Shown: positions 18,469 to 28,225, counted from the first letter of the stretch. The stretch is DNA of 64,000 nt from Candidatus Moranbacteria bacterium UBA2282 (GCA_002345745.1 DDWQ01000003.1:6028-70027), one strand, 5' to 3'. Numbers and translations are program-made. The notes: generated from the sequence alone by a model not told the origin.

Positions 18469-19188
18469 ATGTCAGGACATAGCAAATGGTCAACCATTAA
18501 GCGCAAGAAAGGGATTAATGATACGAAACGAGGGCAGGTTTTTACCAAACATGCCACGATGATTACAATCACTGCTCGTGATGGTGGTGGCAATCCAGAA
18601 ATGAATTTTCAATTACGCTTGGCGATTGACCGTGCGCGTTTGGACAATATGCCCAAGGAAGGTATTGACCGAGCTATCAAGAAAGGCACTGGCGAACTCA
18701 AGGATGGTGCTGAAATCGTGGAAATTATCTATGAAGGCGTGGGACCGGGTGGCGTGATGATGCTAATCAAAACTGCTACGGACAATCGGAATCGCACCGT
18801 TGGTGAGGTTAAAAGCATTTTTACTAAGGCTGGATACAAACTCGGCGAAATGGGTAGTGCGATGTGGAATTTCAAAAAAGTCGGCAGTCTCAGTGTTGCC
18901 ACTCCGTCCGGTATGACGCAAGATGAACTTGAAGAAAAGGCTATTGATGCTGGTGCAGAAGATATGATTTATGTCGACAATATCCTAGCGGTTTATACTG
19001 CACCAGAAGAATTGAAAAGCGTCCAAGAAAGTCTAGAGAAAGCTGGTCTGAAAATTGAAGATGCCGGTTTTGACTATCTCCCCTTGCAAAAAGCAATTCT
19101 TTCCGCGGATGAGCAAGTTGCATATGATAACCTCTTGGAAACATTGGACGATCAAGCTGATGTGCAGGAAATTTTTGACAATTTATAA
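18469..19188 (+). CDS. yebC: YebC/PmpR-family DNA-binding transcriptional regulator
   Basis: MSGHSKWSTIKRKKGINDTKRGQVFTK is the hallmark YebC N-terminus. Start taken at that Met, not the upstream one in the ORF track. Confidence 0.9.
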   Translation: MSGHSKWSTIKRKKGINDTKRGQVFTKHATMITITARDGGGNPEMNFQLRLAIDRARLDNMPKEGIDRAIKKGTGELKDGAEIVEIIYEGVGPGGVMMLIKTATDNRNRTVGEVKSIFTKAGYKLGEMGSAMWNFKKVGSLSVATPSGMTQDELEEKAIDAGAEDMIYVDNILAVYTAPEELKSVQESLEKAGLKIEDAGFDYLPLQKAILSADEQVAYDNLLETLDDQADVQEIFDNL

Positions 19189-19196
19189 TTTTATAT

Positions 19197-19694
19197 ATGG
19201 TAAAAGTTCTTGGCATTGATCCCGGCACAGCCACGGTTGGTTGGGCTATAATTGAGGAAAAAAAAGGAATTTTGCGTCCCGTGGCTTTCGGACACATTGC
19301 AACTAGCAAGGAAAATTCGGAAGAAAATCGTTTAATGGAGATTTCAGCTGACATTTCTGCAATTATTAAGAAGCATCAACCAAGTGAAGCAGCTGTGGAA
19401 CAACTTTTCTTTTTCAAAAATAAAAAGACCATTATTCAAGTTGGCCAAGCTCGCGGGGCAATTATCTTGACACTAGAGCAAAAAGGTGTTAAGATATCCA
19501 GTTACACACCATTGCAAGTCAAGCAGTCTGTAACCGGTTATGGCAAAGCTGAAAAAAAACAAGTGCAACTGATGGTAAAAAACATTCTGAAACTCAAGGC
19601 CATTCCAAAACCAGATGACACTGCCGATGCGCTAGCTTTGGCCATTTGTCACATTAACAGTCGTAAAATTGCAGATTTAGTTTCTAATTTATAA
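19197..19694 (+). CDS. ruvC: Holliday junction resolvase RuvC
   Basis: VLGIDPGTATVGWAII RNase H-like N-terminus, ~165 aa, in the yebC-ruvC neighbourhood. Confidence 0.9.
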   Translation: MVKVLGIDPGTATVGWAIIEEKKGILRPVAFGHIATSKENSEENRLMEISADISAIIKKHQPSEAAVEQLFFFKNKKTIIQVGQARGAIILTLEQKGVKISSYTPLQVKQSVTGYGKAEKKQVQLMVKNILKLKAIPKPDDTADALALAICHINSRKIADLVSNL

Positions 19695-19709
19695 ATAATT
19701 ATCACTTCT

Positions 19710-20366
19710 ATGGAAACAGCTATCAGTCCAATAATTCGTTTTTTTATAACCGAGGGTGTCCCATTTCAAACTATAATTCTGCTTTTAATGTTGCCCGTTA
19801 TTGCGACTTTTATTGCTTTTTTGCGACAAGTCGTTGGAATTAAAGCTTTCGGTATTTATACTCCCCTCATTACAACCTTTGCTTTTCTAGCTACTAATGG
19901 CCTACGCTATGGCGTAGCTATTTTCTTGGTTGTTATCTTTGTTGGAATGCTAATGCGATTTATTCTAAAACCCTTTCGCCTGCTCTATCTTCCACGTGTA
20001 GCGATTATGCTTACCGTAGTTTCCCTAATTATTTTAACAATGCTTGTCTTTGGTGGAAACTTGCGCCGAACAGGGCTCGCTTCCGTTTCAATTTTTCCAA
20101 TTTTAATTATGATAACCCTAGTGGAAAAATTTGTAGCCACCCAAATTGAAAAAGGCAATAAAGCAGCTCTTGTTTTGGCGTTTGAAACTTTAATTATTTC
20201 TATTCTTGGTTTCTTCATTGCCAGCTGGGAAGGATTAATTGGATTGCTTATTGCTCATCCTTGGACAATTCTTCTCACACTTCCAATTAATATCATCATT
20301 GGAAAATGGACTGGCCTGCGAGTTAGCGAATATTTCCGTTTCCGCAGTATTATTAAAAAACTTTAG
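19710..20366 (+). CDS. Polytopic membrane protein (6-7 TM) associated with the ATP-grasp ligase system (7TM partner-like)
   Basis: 218 aa and almost entirely hydrophobic helices. Immediately upstream (3-bp gap) of the alpha-L-glutamate-ligase-like gene. Confidence 0.55.
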   Translation: METAISPIIRFFITEGVPFQTIILLLMLPVIATFIAFLRQVVGIKAFGIYTPLITTFAFLATNGLRYGVAIFLVVIFVGMLMRFILKPFRLLYLPRVAIMLTVVSLIILTMLVFGGNLRRTGLASVSIFPILIMITLVEKFVATQIEKGNKAALVLAFETLIISILGFFIASWEGLIGLLIAHPWTILLTLPINIIIGKWTGLRVSEYFRFRSIIKKL

Positions 20367-20369
20367 CGT

Positions 20370-21776
20370 ATGTTTGAATTTTTCAAAAACAGTCAAAAGC
20401 TTTTAGGAATGAACTCAAGAAATCTTGAATTCATTCGGCCTTTTAATCGTACGCGAGCCAAACGATTAGCTGATGATAAATTGCTTAGCAAAAGAATTCT
20501 CAAAAAAAATAATATTGCTGTGCCGAAATTAATTGCTACTATAAAGACTGTTGAAGAATTAGAAAATTTCGATTGGCAATCGCTGCCTTCTAGCTTTGCG
20601 CTGAAACCTAATCGTGGTTTTGGTGGTGAAGGTATTATCGTAGTTTATGGCAAAAAAAAGAATCACACTGATTATTGGATCAAAGCTGATCGCTCACTGA
20701 TAACAGTTGATGATTTGCGCAGTCATGTTCGCAATATTTTGGATGGCTCATTTTCACTTTCCGGCACGCCGGATGTTGCTTTTTTTGAAGAAAGGTTGCA
20801 ACTACTAAAATTATTTAAACCCTATGCCTATAAAGGCATCCCTGATATTCGTATTATTGTTTTCAATAAAGTTCCCGTGATGGCAATGTTGCGCTTGCCG
20901 ACTAAAGAATCTGGTGGTAAAGCTAATTTGCAACAAGGTGCTGTTGGAACTGGAATCGATATGGCAACTGGCGTCACAACCACAGCTATTCACGGAAAAA
21001 ATGGCTTTATTGAAAAAATTCCTGGCACGCAACTTTCCACTAGCGGTTTGCGCATTCCGCATTGGAAAAGTATGCTTCTTTTGGCTGCTAAAGCGCAAGA
21101 GGTTTCCAATTTAGGTTTTTTAGGCGTTGATATTGCCATCGATAGCAAGAATGGTCCAGAAATTTTGGAACTCAATGCTCGCCCAGGACTTTCTATTCAA
21201 ATTGCTAATCTAGCCGGACTAAAAGAAAGACTCAACCGAGTTCGCGGTATCAAAATCAAAACCATCGAGAAAGGCGTGCGTGTAGGAATGGATCTTTTCG
21301 GTGGAGAAATTGAGGAAGAGTTGGAAGAAATCTCTGGAAAGAAAATAATCGGTACTGTAGAAAAGGTGAAATTAATTGGAAAAAATGGAAAAGAAATTGA
21401 AGTTGAGGCTAGGATAGATACTGGTGCTGGAATATCTTCAATTGATAAAGCTCTAGCTGAAGAATTAGGCTTTGGCGAAGCAGTGAAACTTTGGGAAGAT
21501 TTTCATTTAGATAAAATATTAAGCACCAGCGAGATCGCAGAGTTGAGCAAAAATAAAACTTGGAAAGAACTAGAAAAACACCCAGACATAGTCGGTGTTG
21601 CCAAGACTTTTTCTGCCCATGGCGCAACTTATCGCATTGAGATAAAAGTTACGCTAATTTTAGACTCACTGCCGATTGTGTCCAAGCTATCAATCGCTAA
21701 TAGAACAGGATTGATCTACCCACTACTTGTTGGAAGAAGAGACTTAAGAAAATTTTTAATTGATGTAAATAAATGA
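20370..21776 (+). CDS. Alpha-L-glutamate ligase-like ATP-grasp enzyme (RimK-related) fused to a C-terminal retropepsin-like putative protease domain (RimB/Zn_protease family)
   Basis: The N-terminus LLGMNSRNLEFIRPFNRTRAKRLADDK and the ATP-grasp core (ALKPNRGFGGEGIIVV...GVDIAIDSKNGPEILELNARPGLS) were recalled from memory as TIGR02291-like alpha-L-glutamate-ligase; no search was run. The C-terminal ~150 aa carries ARIDTGAGISSID, which contains the retropepsin DTGA signature. Confidence 0.75.
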   Translation: MFEFFKNSQKLLGMNSRNLEFIRPFNRTRAKRLADDKLLSKRILKKNNIAVPKLIATIKTVEELENFDWQSLPSSFALKPNRGFGGEGIIVVYGKKKNHTDYWIKADRSLITVDDLRSHVRNILDGSFSLSGTPDVAFFEERLQLLKLFKPYAYKGIPDIRIIVFNKVPVMAMLRLPTKESGGKANLQQGAVGTGIDMATGVTTTAIHGKNGFIEKIPGTQLSTSGLRIPHWKSMLLLAAKAQEVSNLGFLGVDIAIDSKNGPEILELNARPGLSIQIANLAGLKERLNRVRGIKIKTIEKGVRVGMDLFGGEIEEELEEISGKKIIGTVEKVKLIGKNGKEIEVEARIDTGAGISSIDKALAEELGFGEAVKLWEDFHLDKILSTSEIAELSKNKTWKELEKHPDIVGVAKTFSAHGATYRIEIKVTLILDSLPIVSKLSIANRTGLIYPLLVGRRDLRKFLIDVNK

Positions 21777-21844
21777 TAAAAAATCACCCCTAACAACAAT
21801 CTTGTAGAGAGAGTTACTAAATAATTTATCTAAATAATATTCTT

Positions 21845-22822
21845 ATGCTTAAACTTTTATCTGAAATCAAACATGGTGGTTTTCATTCTCTTATCAAAAG
21901 GGCTGATGAACTCCATATTACTGTAAAAACCTTTACTGCTGAACCAAAATTATTAGAGCTTAAATACAAAGGCAAATCTGTTTTTATTCGCAAGGGGCAA
22001 ACTCCAGTACTGCGCAGAATGGGAAACTTTACTAGAAACAAGCAGTTTACTAAGTTTTTATTAAATACCATTGGCATTAAAACTCCCGTTGGCATTCTAG
22101 CCACATCATATCGCGAAGCACTGCCACTTATTAGAAAAGCGCAGTTATCTTATCCTTTAATTATTAAACCTCTGGATGGATCACTGGCACGGGGTGTTTC
22201 TTGGAATATTCAATCACTATCAGAACTAAAAACAGCTGTTTTATTCTTTGAAAAAACCAAAAGCTCAGAAAAATCAAAATTTTTAGTTGAAGAAATGTAT
22301 GTTGGTGATGAATTCCGAGTTCTAGTTTTTAACGATACAGTTGTTTCTTGTGTTAAAAAAGTTCCAGCTACTATTATTGGTGATGGTCAAACAACTATTC
22401 AGGAATTAGTGAAGACTTTCAATAAAACTCGAAACAAGGGTTTTGAAATAAAACTTGATGAAACCGCATTAGCGACAATAGCTCAAAATAAATTTACATT
22501 AAAATCTATTCTTCCTAAAGACTATGTTCTCAAGCTGCGTAATAATCTTAATATGTCTGATGGCGGAAGATCTATTGAGTGTACCAAACAAATGAGTGAC
22601 TATTTAAAAAAGGTTTGTATCAAAGCAACTGCTGCTGCTGGACTAACTTACAGCGGACTTGATTTGATGACAAACAATATAGGCACCAAAAAAAATGATT
22701 ATGTAATTTTAGAAATTAATCCCAATCCCTTCTATAATATGCATGAGAAACCATTGGTTGAAGGTAAGGGTGTGGATGTTTCCAAAAAAATATTACAACA
22801 TCTATTTCCTGGCCTAAAATAA
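21845..22822 (+). CDS. Second ATP-grasp ligase (RimK/cyanophycin-synthetase-like)
   Basis: FLVEEMYVGDEFRVLVFNDTVVSCV and SGLDLMTNNIGTKKNDYVILEINPNPF are ATP-grasp C-terminal motifs. Confidence 0.7.
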   Translation: MLKLLSEIKHGGFHSLIKRADELHITVKTFTAEPKLLELKYKGKSVFIRKGQTPVLRRMGNFTRNKQFTKFLLNTIGIKTPVGILATSYREALPLIRKAQLSYPLIIKPLDGSLARGVSWNIQSLSELKTAVLFFEKTKSSEKSKFLVEEMYVGDEFRVLVFNDTVVSCVKKVPATIIGDGQTTIQELVKTFNKTRNKGFEIKLDETALATIAQNKFTLKSILPKDYVLKLRNNLNMSDGGRSIECTKQMSDYLKKVCIKATAAAGLTYSGLDLMTNNIGTKKNDYVILEINPNPFYNMHEKPLVEGKGVDVSKKILQHLFPGLK

Positions 22823-22944
22823 TTCTATCCTTAATGAGTTGATAAAACCCAAAAAATCTTGTAAAATAGTAATTAACTTTGCGGATATTGCCGTAATAAA
22901 TTAAAAAGGCGTTGGTTAGCCTTAATAAGTATTAATTCTATTTT

Positions 22945-25467
22945 ATGAAAAATATATTTACTATTTTTAGAACTTTCAAACGCGCACCGTGGCCAATTCG
23001 TTGGAAAATGCTGGGTAAATTGGCATTATATGCACTTGCTGTTTTTACTTTGCTAGCAATTGGAACTTTTGCCTATTTCGCCAAAGATTTGCCAGATGCA
23101 AGTGGCATTAGCAAGCGAGCAGTGACAGAATCAACAAAAATTTATGATCGTACTGGCGACCATTTGCTCTATGACATTCACGGTGAAGAAAAAAGAACTA
23201 AAATTGAATTTGCCAGTATGCCAGACACGGTTAAGTTTGCAACAATCTCACTCGAAGACAAAAGCTTCTATTCTCATCCAGGCTTTGATGTTAAAGGTCT
23301 TCTTAATGCTGTTTTGTCTAATATTACACGCAGTGGCGGTGGTCGTGGCGGATCGACTATCACTCAACAATTTGTTAAAAATTCTATTCTAACTAGCGAA
23401 CGATCTCTTTCCCGAAAAATTAAAGAGTTAATTCTAGCCATTGAATTGGAATTTAAATTTTCTAAAGACGAAATCTTGGCAATGTACCTTAATGAAATTC
23501 CTTATGGCTCCAACGCCTATGGCGTGGAAGCGGCATCACAAACTTTTTTTGGTAAACACGCATCAGAATTAACATTGGACGAATCTGCACTACTTGCCTC
23601 CCTACCACAAGCTCCGTCATATTACTCACCCTATGGAAATAACACGGATGCTTTGCGTGGACGCCAAGTTTTTGCGCTAAATGAAATGGCTAAATTAGGT
23701 TATATAACCCAAGAGCAATCTGATGCCGCCAAAGAGGTGGATATTTTAGCTAAAATAAAACCCTCTTCTGAAAATATTACTGCTCCACATTTTGTGATGT
23801 ATGTCAAAGAATATTTAGAAAAAACTTATGGGCAAGCTCTATTGGAAAAAGGCGGGCTTAGGGTTTATACCACCCTCGATTGGGATAAGCAACAAATAGC
23901 GGAGCTTGCAGTCAAAGAAGGTGCTGTTTCTAATACAGCTAAATATAAAGCTGAGAATGCCTCCCTTGTTGCGATGGATCCACGCACAGGACAAATAATC
24001 GCTATGGTAGGTAGCAAAAATTATTTTGACAAATCCATTGATGGTCAAGTCAATGTTGCCATTCGTGATCGCCAACCAGGCTCATCATTCAAGCCCTTTG
24101 TCTATTTGACCGCCTTCCAAAAAGGCTATACACCCGAAACGCAATTATGGGATGTAGATATAAACTTCTCGACTGACGACGGCAAAACTTACAATCCAAA
24201 AAATTATGATGGCAAAAACCGCGGACCATTAGAAATGAAAAATGCCTTGGCAATGTCTCTTAATGTTCCTGCAGTGGAAACACTCTATTTAGCTGGCGTC
24301 AAAGATTCTATTACCACTGCTAAATCACTCGGTATTACTGGACTAAATAAACCCGATGATTATGGTCTTTCTTTGGTTTTGGGTGGTGGCGAAGTGACAC
24401 TTCTAGATCACACTAATGCTTATGGCACTCTAGCTACGGGTGGCATTCACCATGATAAAGTTGCTATTTTAAAAGTTCTTGATGCTGATGGTAAAAAATT
24501 AGAGGAATATAAAGAAGAATCTGGGCAAAGAGTAGTGGAAGAAAAATATGTTGCTATGCTTGATTCTGTTATCTCGGATAATTCTTTGCGTGCCCCCGTA
24601 TTTGGTACCAACAATCCATTTAATTTTACTGACCGACCTGTGGCTGCTAAAACTGGAACGACTAATGAATGGCGCGATGGTTGGGCAATGGGTTACACTC
24701 CATCAATTGTGACTGGGGTTTGGGCTGGTAATAATGACAATTCTATTATGACACCCGGTGCTGATGGAATTTTTGTAGCTGCCCCTATTTGGAGAAAATT
24801 TATGGATGGCGTTTTGAAAAATTATACTGTTGAACAATTTCCAAAATATGAAAAAGAAGATACCGGCAAGGCAGTTTTGGATGGCACACTTGATCCAATG
24901 GCAAAAATTGAAGTGTGCAAAATCAAAAAAGACAACTATTGCCTAGCTAGTGATGCTTGCCCGAAAGGTTATTCTGAAGAAAAAACTTTCTTTTCAGGTC
25001 ACAACATTCTGTGGTATGTTAACAAAGATGATCCACGCGGAGATTTTCCGAAACACCCAGAAGATGATCCACAATTTAAAAATTGGGAAAAAGCAGTGCA
25101 AAAATGGGCTGAAAATAGCAAGGATTTTTCCAAAAATGTCGCTCCAACCGAAGAATGTAAGGTTAGTGATTTTGCCAATATTGCTCCCGAAGTTAAAATC
25201 TCTGCCCCTGCTGATGGTGCTACTATATCCTCCAATTCCATTACCATTGAAGCCTCAGCGTCATCTGATTTCGGCATAGAAAAAATTTCTATCGCCGTTA
25301 ATGGCACAGAAATAGATTCCAAAAATGACGCGTCTATCAGTGCTAATTATTTAATCTCTTCTCCTGGTTCTGATTTAAAAATTACTGCCACAGCAATTAG
25401 TAAAAATGGTAGCTCCAAGGCGATATCTATTACCGTAAAGACTACCACACCAACACCAGAGCTATAA
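22945..25467 (+). CDS. Class A penicillin-binding protein (PBP1A-type glycosyltransferase + transpeptidase) with a C-terminal extension
   Basis: GT51 motif RGGSTITQQFVKN; transpeptidase SSFKP (SxxK) and KTGT motifs; N-terminal TM anchor. Confidence 0.9.
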   Translation: MKNIFTIFRTFKRAPWPIRWKMLGKLALYALAVFTLLAIGTFAYFAKDLPDASGISKRAVTESTKIYDRTGDHLLYDIHGEEKRTKIEFASMPDTVKFATISLEDKSFYSHPGFDVKGLLNAVLSNITRSGGGRGGSTITQQFVKNSILTSERSLSRKIKELILAIELEFKFSKDEILAMYLNEIPYGSNAYGVEAASQTFFGKHASELTLDESALLASLPQAPSYYSPYGNNTDALRGRQVFALNEMAKLGYITQEQSDAAKEVDILAKIKPSSENITAPHFVMYVKEYLEKTYGQALLEKGGLRVYTTLDWDKQQIAELAVKEGAVSNTAKYKAENASLVAMDPRTGQIIAMVGSKNYFDKSIDGQVNVAIRDRQPGSSFKPFVYLTAFQKGYTPETQLWDVDINFSTDDGKTYNPKNYDGKNRGPLEMKNALAMSLNVPAVETLYLAGVKDSITTAKSLGITGLNKPDDYGLSLVLGGGEVTLLDHTNAYGTLATGGIHHDKVAILKVLDADGKKLEEYKEESGQRVVEEKYVAMLDSVISDNSLRAPVFGTNNPFNFTDRPVAAKTGTTNEWRDGWAMGYTPSIVTGVWAGNNDNSIMTPGADGIFVAAPIWRKFMDGVLKNYTVEQFPKYEKEDTGKAVLDGTLDPMAKIEVCKIKKDNYCLASDACPKGYSEEKTFFSGHNILWYVNKDDPRGDFPKHPEDDPQFKNWEKAVQKWAENSKDFSKNVAPTEECKVSDFANIAPEVKISAPADGATISSNSITIEASASSDFGIEKISIAVNGTEIDSKNDASISANYLISSPGSDLKITATAISKNGSSKAISITVKTTTPTPEL

Positions 25468-25482
25468 ATTTCTACTAATAAT

Positions 25483-25515
25483 AAAAGCCGTTTCAAATTG
25501 CGAAGCGGTTTTTTT
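25483..25515. terminator. Bidirectional terminator between the convergent PBP gene and the DUF721 gene
   Basis: gccgtttc-aaattgc-gaagcggt hairpin (with G-U pairs) followed by T7. Confidence 0.5.
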
Positions 25516-25538
25516 ATTGCGATGTATTCACGCTCATT

Positions 25539-25820
25539 TTATTTAACCTTGATGCCGTCAATTGAACCTTCACCCAATTCTGCATTCAACTTGCGCACAA
25601 TGCGTGCCTTATTAGTCCAAAGCTCTGAAGCCCAAGTAGAGCTCTCTGATTTTATAAAGAGAACTTTATTTTTATAATAATCTGGAATGAGTTTCTCCGC
25701 ACCAACATTGCCAAATTCTTCTTTAATAACTTTTTTAAAAACATAAAAAATCGTCTGATCATCCAAAGTCCGTTTTTGAAAAATATTCTTTTTAGCTAAA
25801 TAATTTTTGAGTATTTTCAT
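25539..25820 (-). CDS. DUF721 (DciA-like) protein
   Basis: ~93 aa with SSTWASELWTNKARIVRKLNAELG, typical of DUF721 proteins found near dnaN/dnaA. Confidence 0.65.
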   Translation of the reverse strand: MKILKNYLAKKNIFQKRTLDDQTIFYVFKKVIKEEFGNVGAEKLIPDYYKNKVLFIKSESSTWASELWTNKARIVRKLNAELGEGSIDGIKVK

Positions 25821-25867
25821 AATTTTAACACAAACACTGCTTTAATTTGAGCTATTTTAACCACCTA

Positions 25868-26806
25868 TTATTTTTTCAAATAATTAAAAATACTGCGTGC
25901 AGCAATTGCACCTTCCGCTGCGGCCGTGATAACTTGGCGAAATTTATCAGAACCATTCGTAATGTCACCAGCCGCCCACACGCCAGAAATGGATGTGGCA
26001 CTATCGGCTTGAATTTTAATATAGTTTTTTTCGTCAATCTCTAATTGTAAATCTCTAGCAAAATCAACATTTGGATCGGAGCCAATTTCAATAAACACGC
26101 CGTCCACAGCAATTTCGTCGCTGTCTTTATATTTTTTATCCAGTACAACCTTTTCCACTTTGACCTGTCCAGAAATCTCCTTTAAATTAGTGTTATAAAC
26201 AACTTCGATCTTGGAATTTTTCTCAATTAATTTTTGCCAATATGGCTCACAACGCAACTGATCTTTACGATAAATTAAATAAACTTTTTCTGCGATATCA
26301 GCCAGATATACAGTGGCGCCAGCAGCACTATCGCTGCCACCGATTACTGCTATGGTTTTATTACGATAAAAAAAACCATCACAGGTTGCACAATGCGAAA
26401 CACCCTTGCCAAGAAATTCTTCTTCGCCTTTCACACTAAGTTTACGCCGTTTCGTGCCTGTCGCTAGAAGAATTGTTTTGGCTTCTAGAATGTTACCGTT
26501 GTCTAACTTCAGTTCGAATAGATTATTTTCTTTCGTGATAGTTTTCACGGTTGTTGGTATAATTTCGGTACCATATTTTTGTGCATGATGCCCCAGCTTC
26601 TGTGAAAAATCAAAACCCGTCGCATCTTCAATGCCGGGATAATTATCAATCAAGTGTGTTTCAGAAATTTGTCCACCAAGAAGACTGCCAACAATGATAT
26701 GTGCGACTCCATAACGGGAGGCATAGATTGAAGCAGTCAGACCAGCGGGACCAGCACCAACGATTACTAGATCATAGTTTTTTTCTGGTTCATTTTTATT
26801 TTCCAT
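25868..26806 (-). CDS. trxB: Thioredoxin-disulfide reductase
   Basis: FAD motif DLVIVGAGPAGLTASIYASRY and redox-active CATCDG. Start set at MENKNE, not the upstream Met. Confidence 0.9.
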   Translation of the reverse strand: MENKNEPEKNYDLVIVGAGPAGLTASIYASRYGVAHIIVGSLLGGQISETHLIDNYPGIEDATGFDFSQKLGHHAQKYGTEIIPTTVKTITKENNLFELKLDNGNILEAKTILLATGTKRRKLSVKGEEEFLGKGVSHCATCDGFFYRNKTIAVIGGSDSAAGATVYLADIAEKVYLIYRKDQLRCEPYWQKLIEKNSKIEVVYNTNLKEISGQVKVEKVVLDKKYKDSDEIAVDGVFIEIGSDPNVDFARDLQLEIDEKNYIKIQADSATSISGVWAAGDITNGSDKFRQVITAAAEGAIAARSIFNYLKK

Positions 26807-26947
26807 AATATTATAATTAAGGTCTATTTTAAAAAAATTTAATAACCAAAAACCAAGAAAGCAATAACCAAACAACTTACAAATCTCAAACTTTGAATTT
26901 TTGTTTATTGAATATTGCTTGGTTATTGTATCTTGTTTCTTGGTGTT

Positions 26948-27280
26948 TTACTGAATTTCTGCTTCTAATTCTGATTTAAAGGCATCTTTTGGACGGAAAC
27001 CGACAAAATCTTTGGCGACCTGTCCTTTTTTAAAAAGCTTCATATTGGGAATGCTTTGAATTTGATATTGCCCAGCAATAGCTTGATTGCTTGCATCTTC
27101 CACATCCAACTTAGCAATCACAACTTTACCAGCTAATTCTTCTGCCAATTCATCTAGAACTGGAGCCATCATTCGGCAGGGTCCACACCACGGTGCCCAA
27201 AAATCAACCAACACTGGCAACTCCGCTTGTAAAACTTCTTTTTCGAAATTTTCACTTGTTAGTACAATAACTTTACTCAT
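26948..27280 (-). CDS. trxA: Thioredoxin
   Basis: WAPWCGPCRMMAP active site, 110 aa. Confidence 0.9.
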   Translation of the reverse strand: MSKVIVLTSENFEKEVLQAELPVLVDFWAPWCGPCRMMAPVLDELAEELAGKVVIAKLDVEDASNQAIAGQYQIQSIPNMKLFKKGQVAKDFVGFRPKDAFKSELEAEIQ

Positions 27281-27322
27281 ATGATTAAAAATTTAATTTA
27301 ATTAACTTCTTACGCCACAGAT

Positions 27323-27604
27323 CTAATTTATTTTGAATAATGTCTGCAAAAATTTTTCGTCAATTTCTTGATGTGTTTTTCGTTTGCACAAAAATTCATC
27401 TTTCAAAAGTTCAATCCCCAGCACGGTCACCGCTTGCCGAATCGCCGATATTTGCTGGATAATATCTACACATTCTCTTTTTGATTCCAACATCCGGCGA
27501 ATACCCGCCACCTGCCCTTCAATCCGCGCAATTCTTTTTAAAACTTTTTCTCGCGTAACTTTCTTTGTTTCTGTTTTATTTTTTAGCTCTTTTTTCTTTT
27601 GCAT
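27323..27604 (-). CDS. CsoR/RcnR/CstR-family (DUF156) repressor, two-Cys type lacking the metal-site His
   Basis: RIARIEGQVAGIRRMLESKRECVDIIQQISAIRQAVTVLG matches the CsoR family helix pattern. Cys at the x and z positions, but the His (y) position is Asp. Confidence 0.8.
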   Translation of the reverse strand: MQKKKELKNKTETKKVTREKVLKRIARIEGQVAGIRRMLESKRECVDIIQQISAIRQAVTVLGIELLKDEFLCKRKTHQEIDEKFLQTLFKIN

Positions 27605-27618
27605 ATTTTTGAAATTTG

Positions 27619-27632
27619 TCCGCCGTGGCGGA
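27619..27632. repeat. Perfect 14-bp GC-rich palindrome tccgccgtggcgga in the 5' leader of the CsoR-family gene
   Basis: Exact dyad symmetry, 14 nt upstream of the start codon on the minus strand. Confidence 0.5.
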
Positions 27633-27650
27633 TAGATTTTGGAATTACAA

Positions 27651-27671
27651 GTATACTACCCCACAGTATAC
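27651..27671. promoter_or_regulatory. Candidate CsoR/RcnR-type operator (gtaTACT-accccac-AGTAtac; TACT-N7-AGTA with a C/G-tract spacer)
   Basis: 7-bp inverted arms around a C4/G4 tract. On the opposite strand it reads TACTgtGGGGtAGTA, close to the RcnR-type site TACT-G6-N-AGTA. Located ~50 bp upstream of the repressor start. Confidence 0.55.
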
Positions 27672-27732
27672 CGCAATCGCTCCCCACCTGTCAAGGCAAA
27701 TAAAAAAACAAAATTGATGTGTCTTTTTTAAC

Positions 27733-28188
27733 TTAAAAATTCTCACTATGTGCCCGTTCATAAAACCCGCGTAAAATTGTCCTTTCAATGATGTGTCCTT
27801 CCATCATTTTACGAATGGTTTTTTTATTTAATGCTGGATCAAGTGGTAACAAAATATCAAGCGCATATAATTTAAAAAGATAGACATGCGTTCCAATAGG
27901 CGGACATGGTGCAATATATTCTGACTTTCCCATTTGCGAACAACCTATAATTATTCCATCTGGTACACTATTTCTTTTAATAATTTGATTTTTAGGTTCA
28001 ATATTCCACACCAGCCAGTGAATAAAACTACCACCAGGAGCATCCGGATCATCAACAATCAATACTAAGCTTTTGGTGCTTTCCGGCACTTCAGAAATTT
28101 CCAACTCTGGTCTATCCCCATCCCCATCACAAGTAAAAGCCATTGGAATAGCCTGTCTATTTTCAAAATCAGAGCTTTGTAGTTTCAT
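27733..28188 (-). CDS. PEBP/YbhB-YbcL-family (Raf kinase inhibitor-like) protein
   Basis: LVLIVDDPDAPGGSFIHWLVWNI is the PEBP signature. Confidence 0.8.
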   Translation of the reverse strand: MKLQSSDFENRQAIPMAFTCDGDGDRPELEISEVPESTKSLVLIVDDPDAPGGSFIHWLVWNIEPKNQIIKRNSVPDGIIIGCSQMGKSEYIAPCPPIGTHVYLFKLYALDILLPLDPALNKKTIRKMMEGHIIERTILRGFYERAHSENF

Positions 28189-28225
28189 AAATTTTTATTT
28201 AATTTATTTCTCTATACAAATCTAC

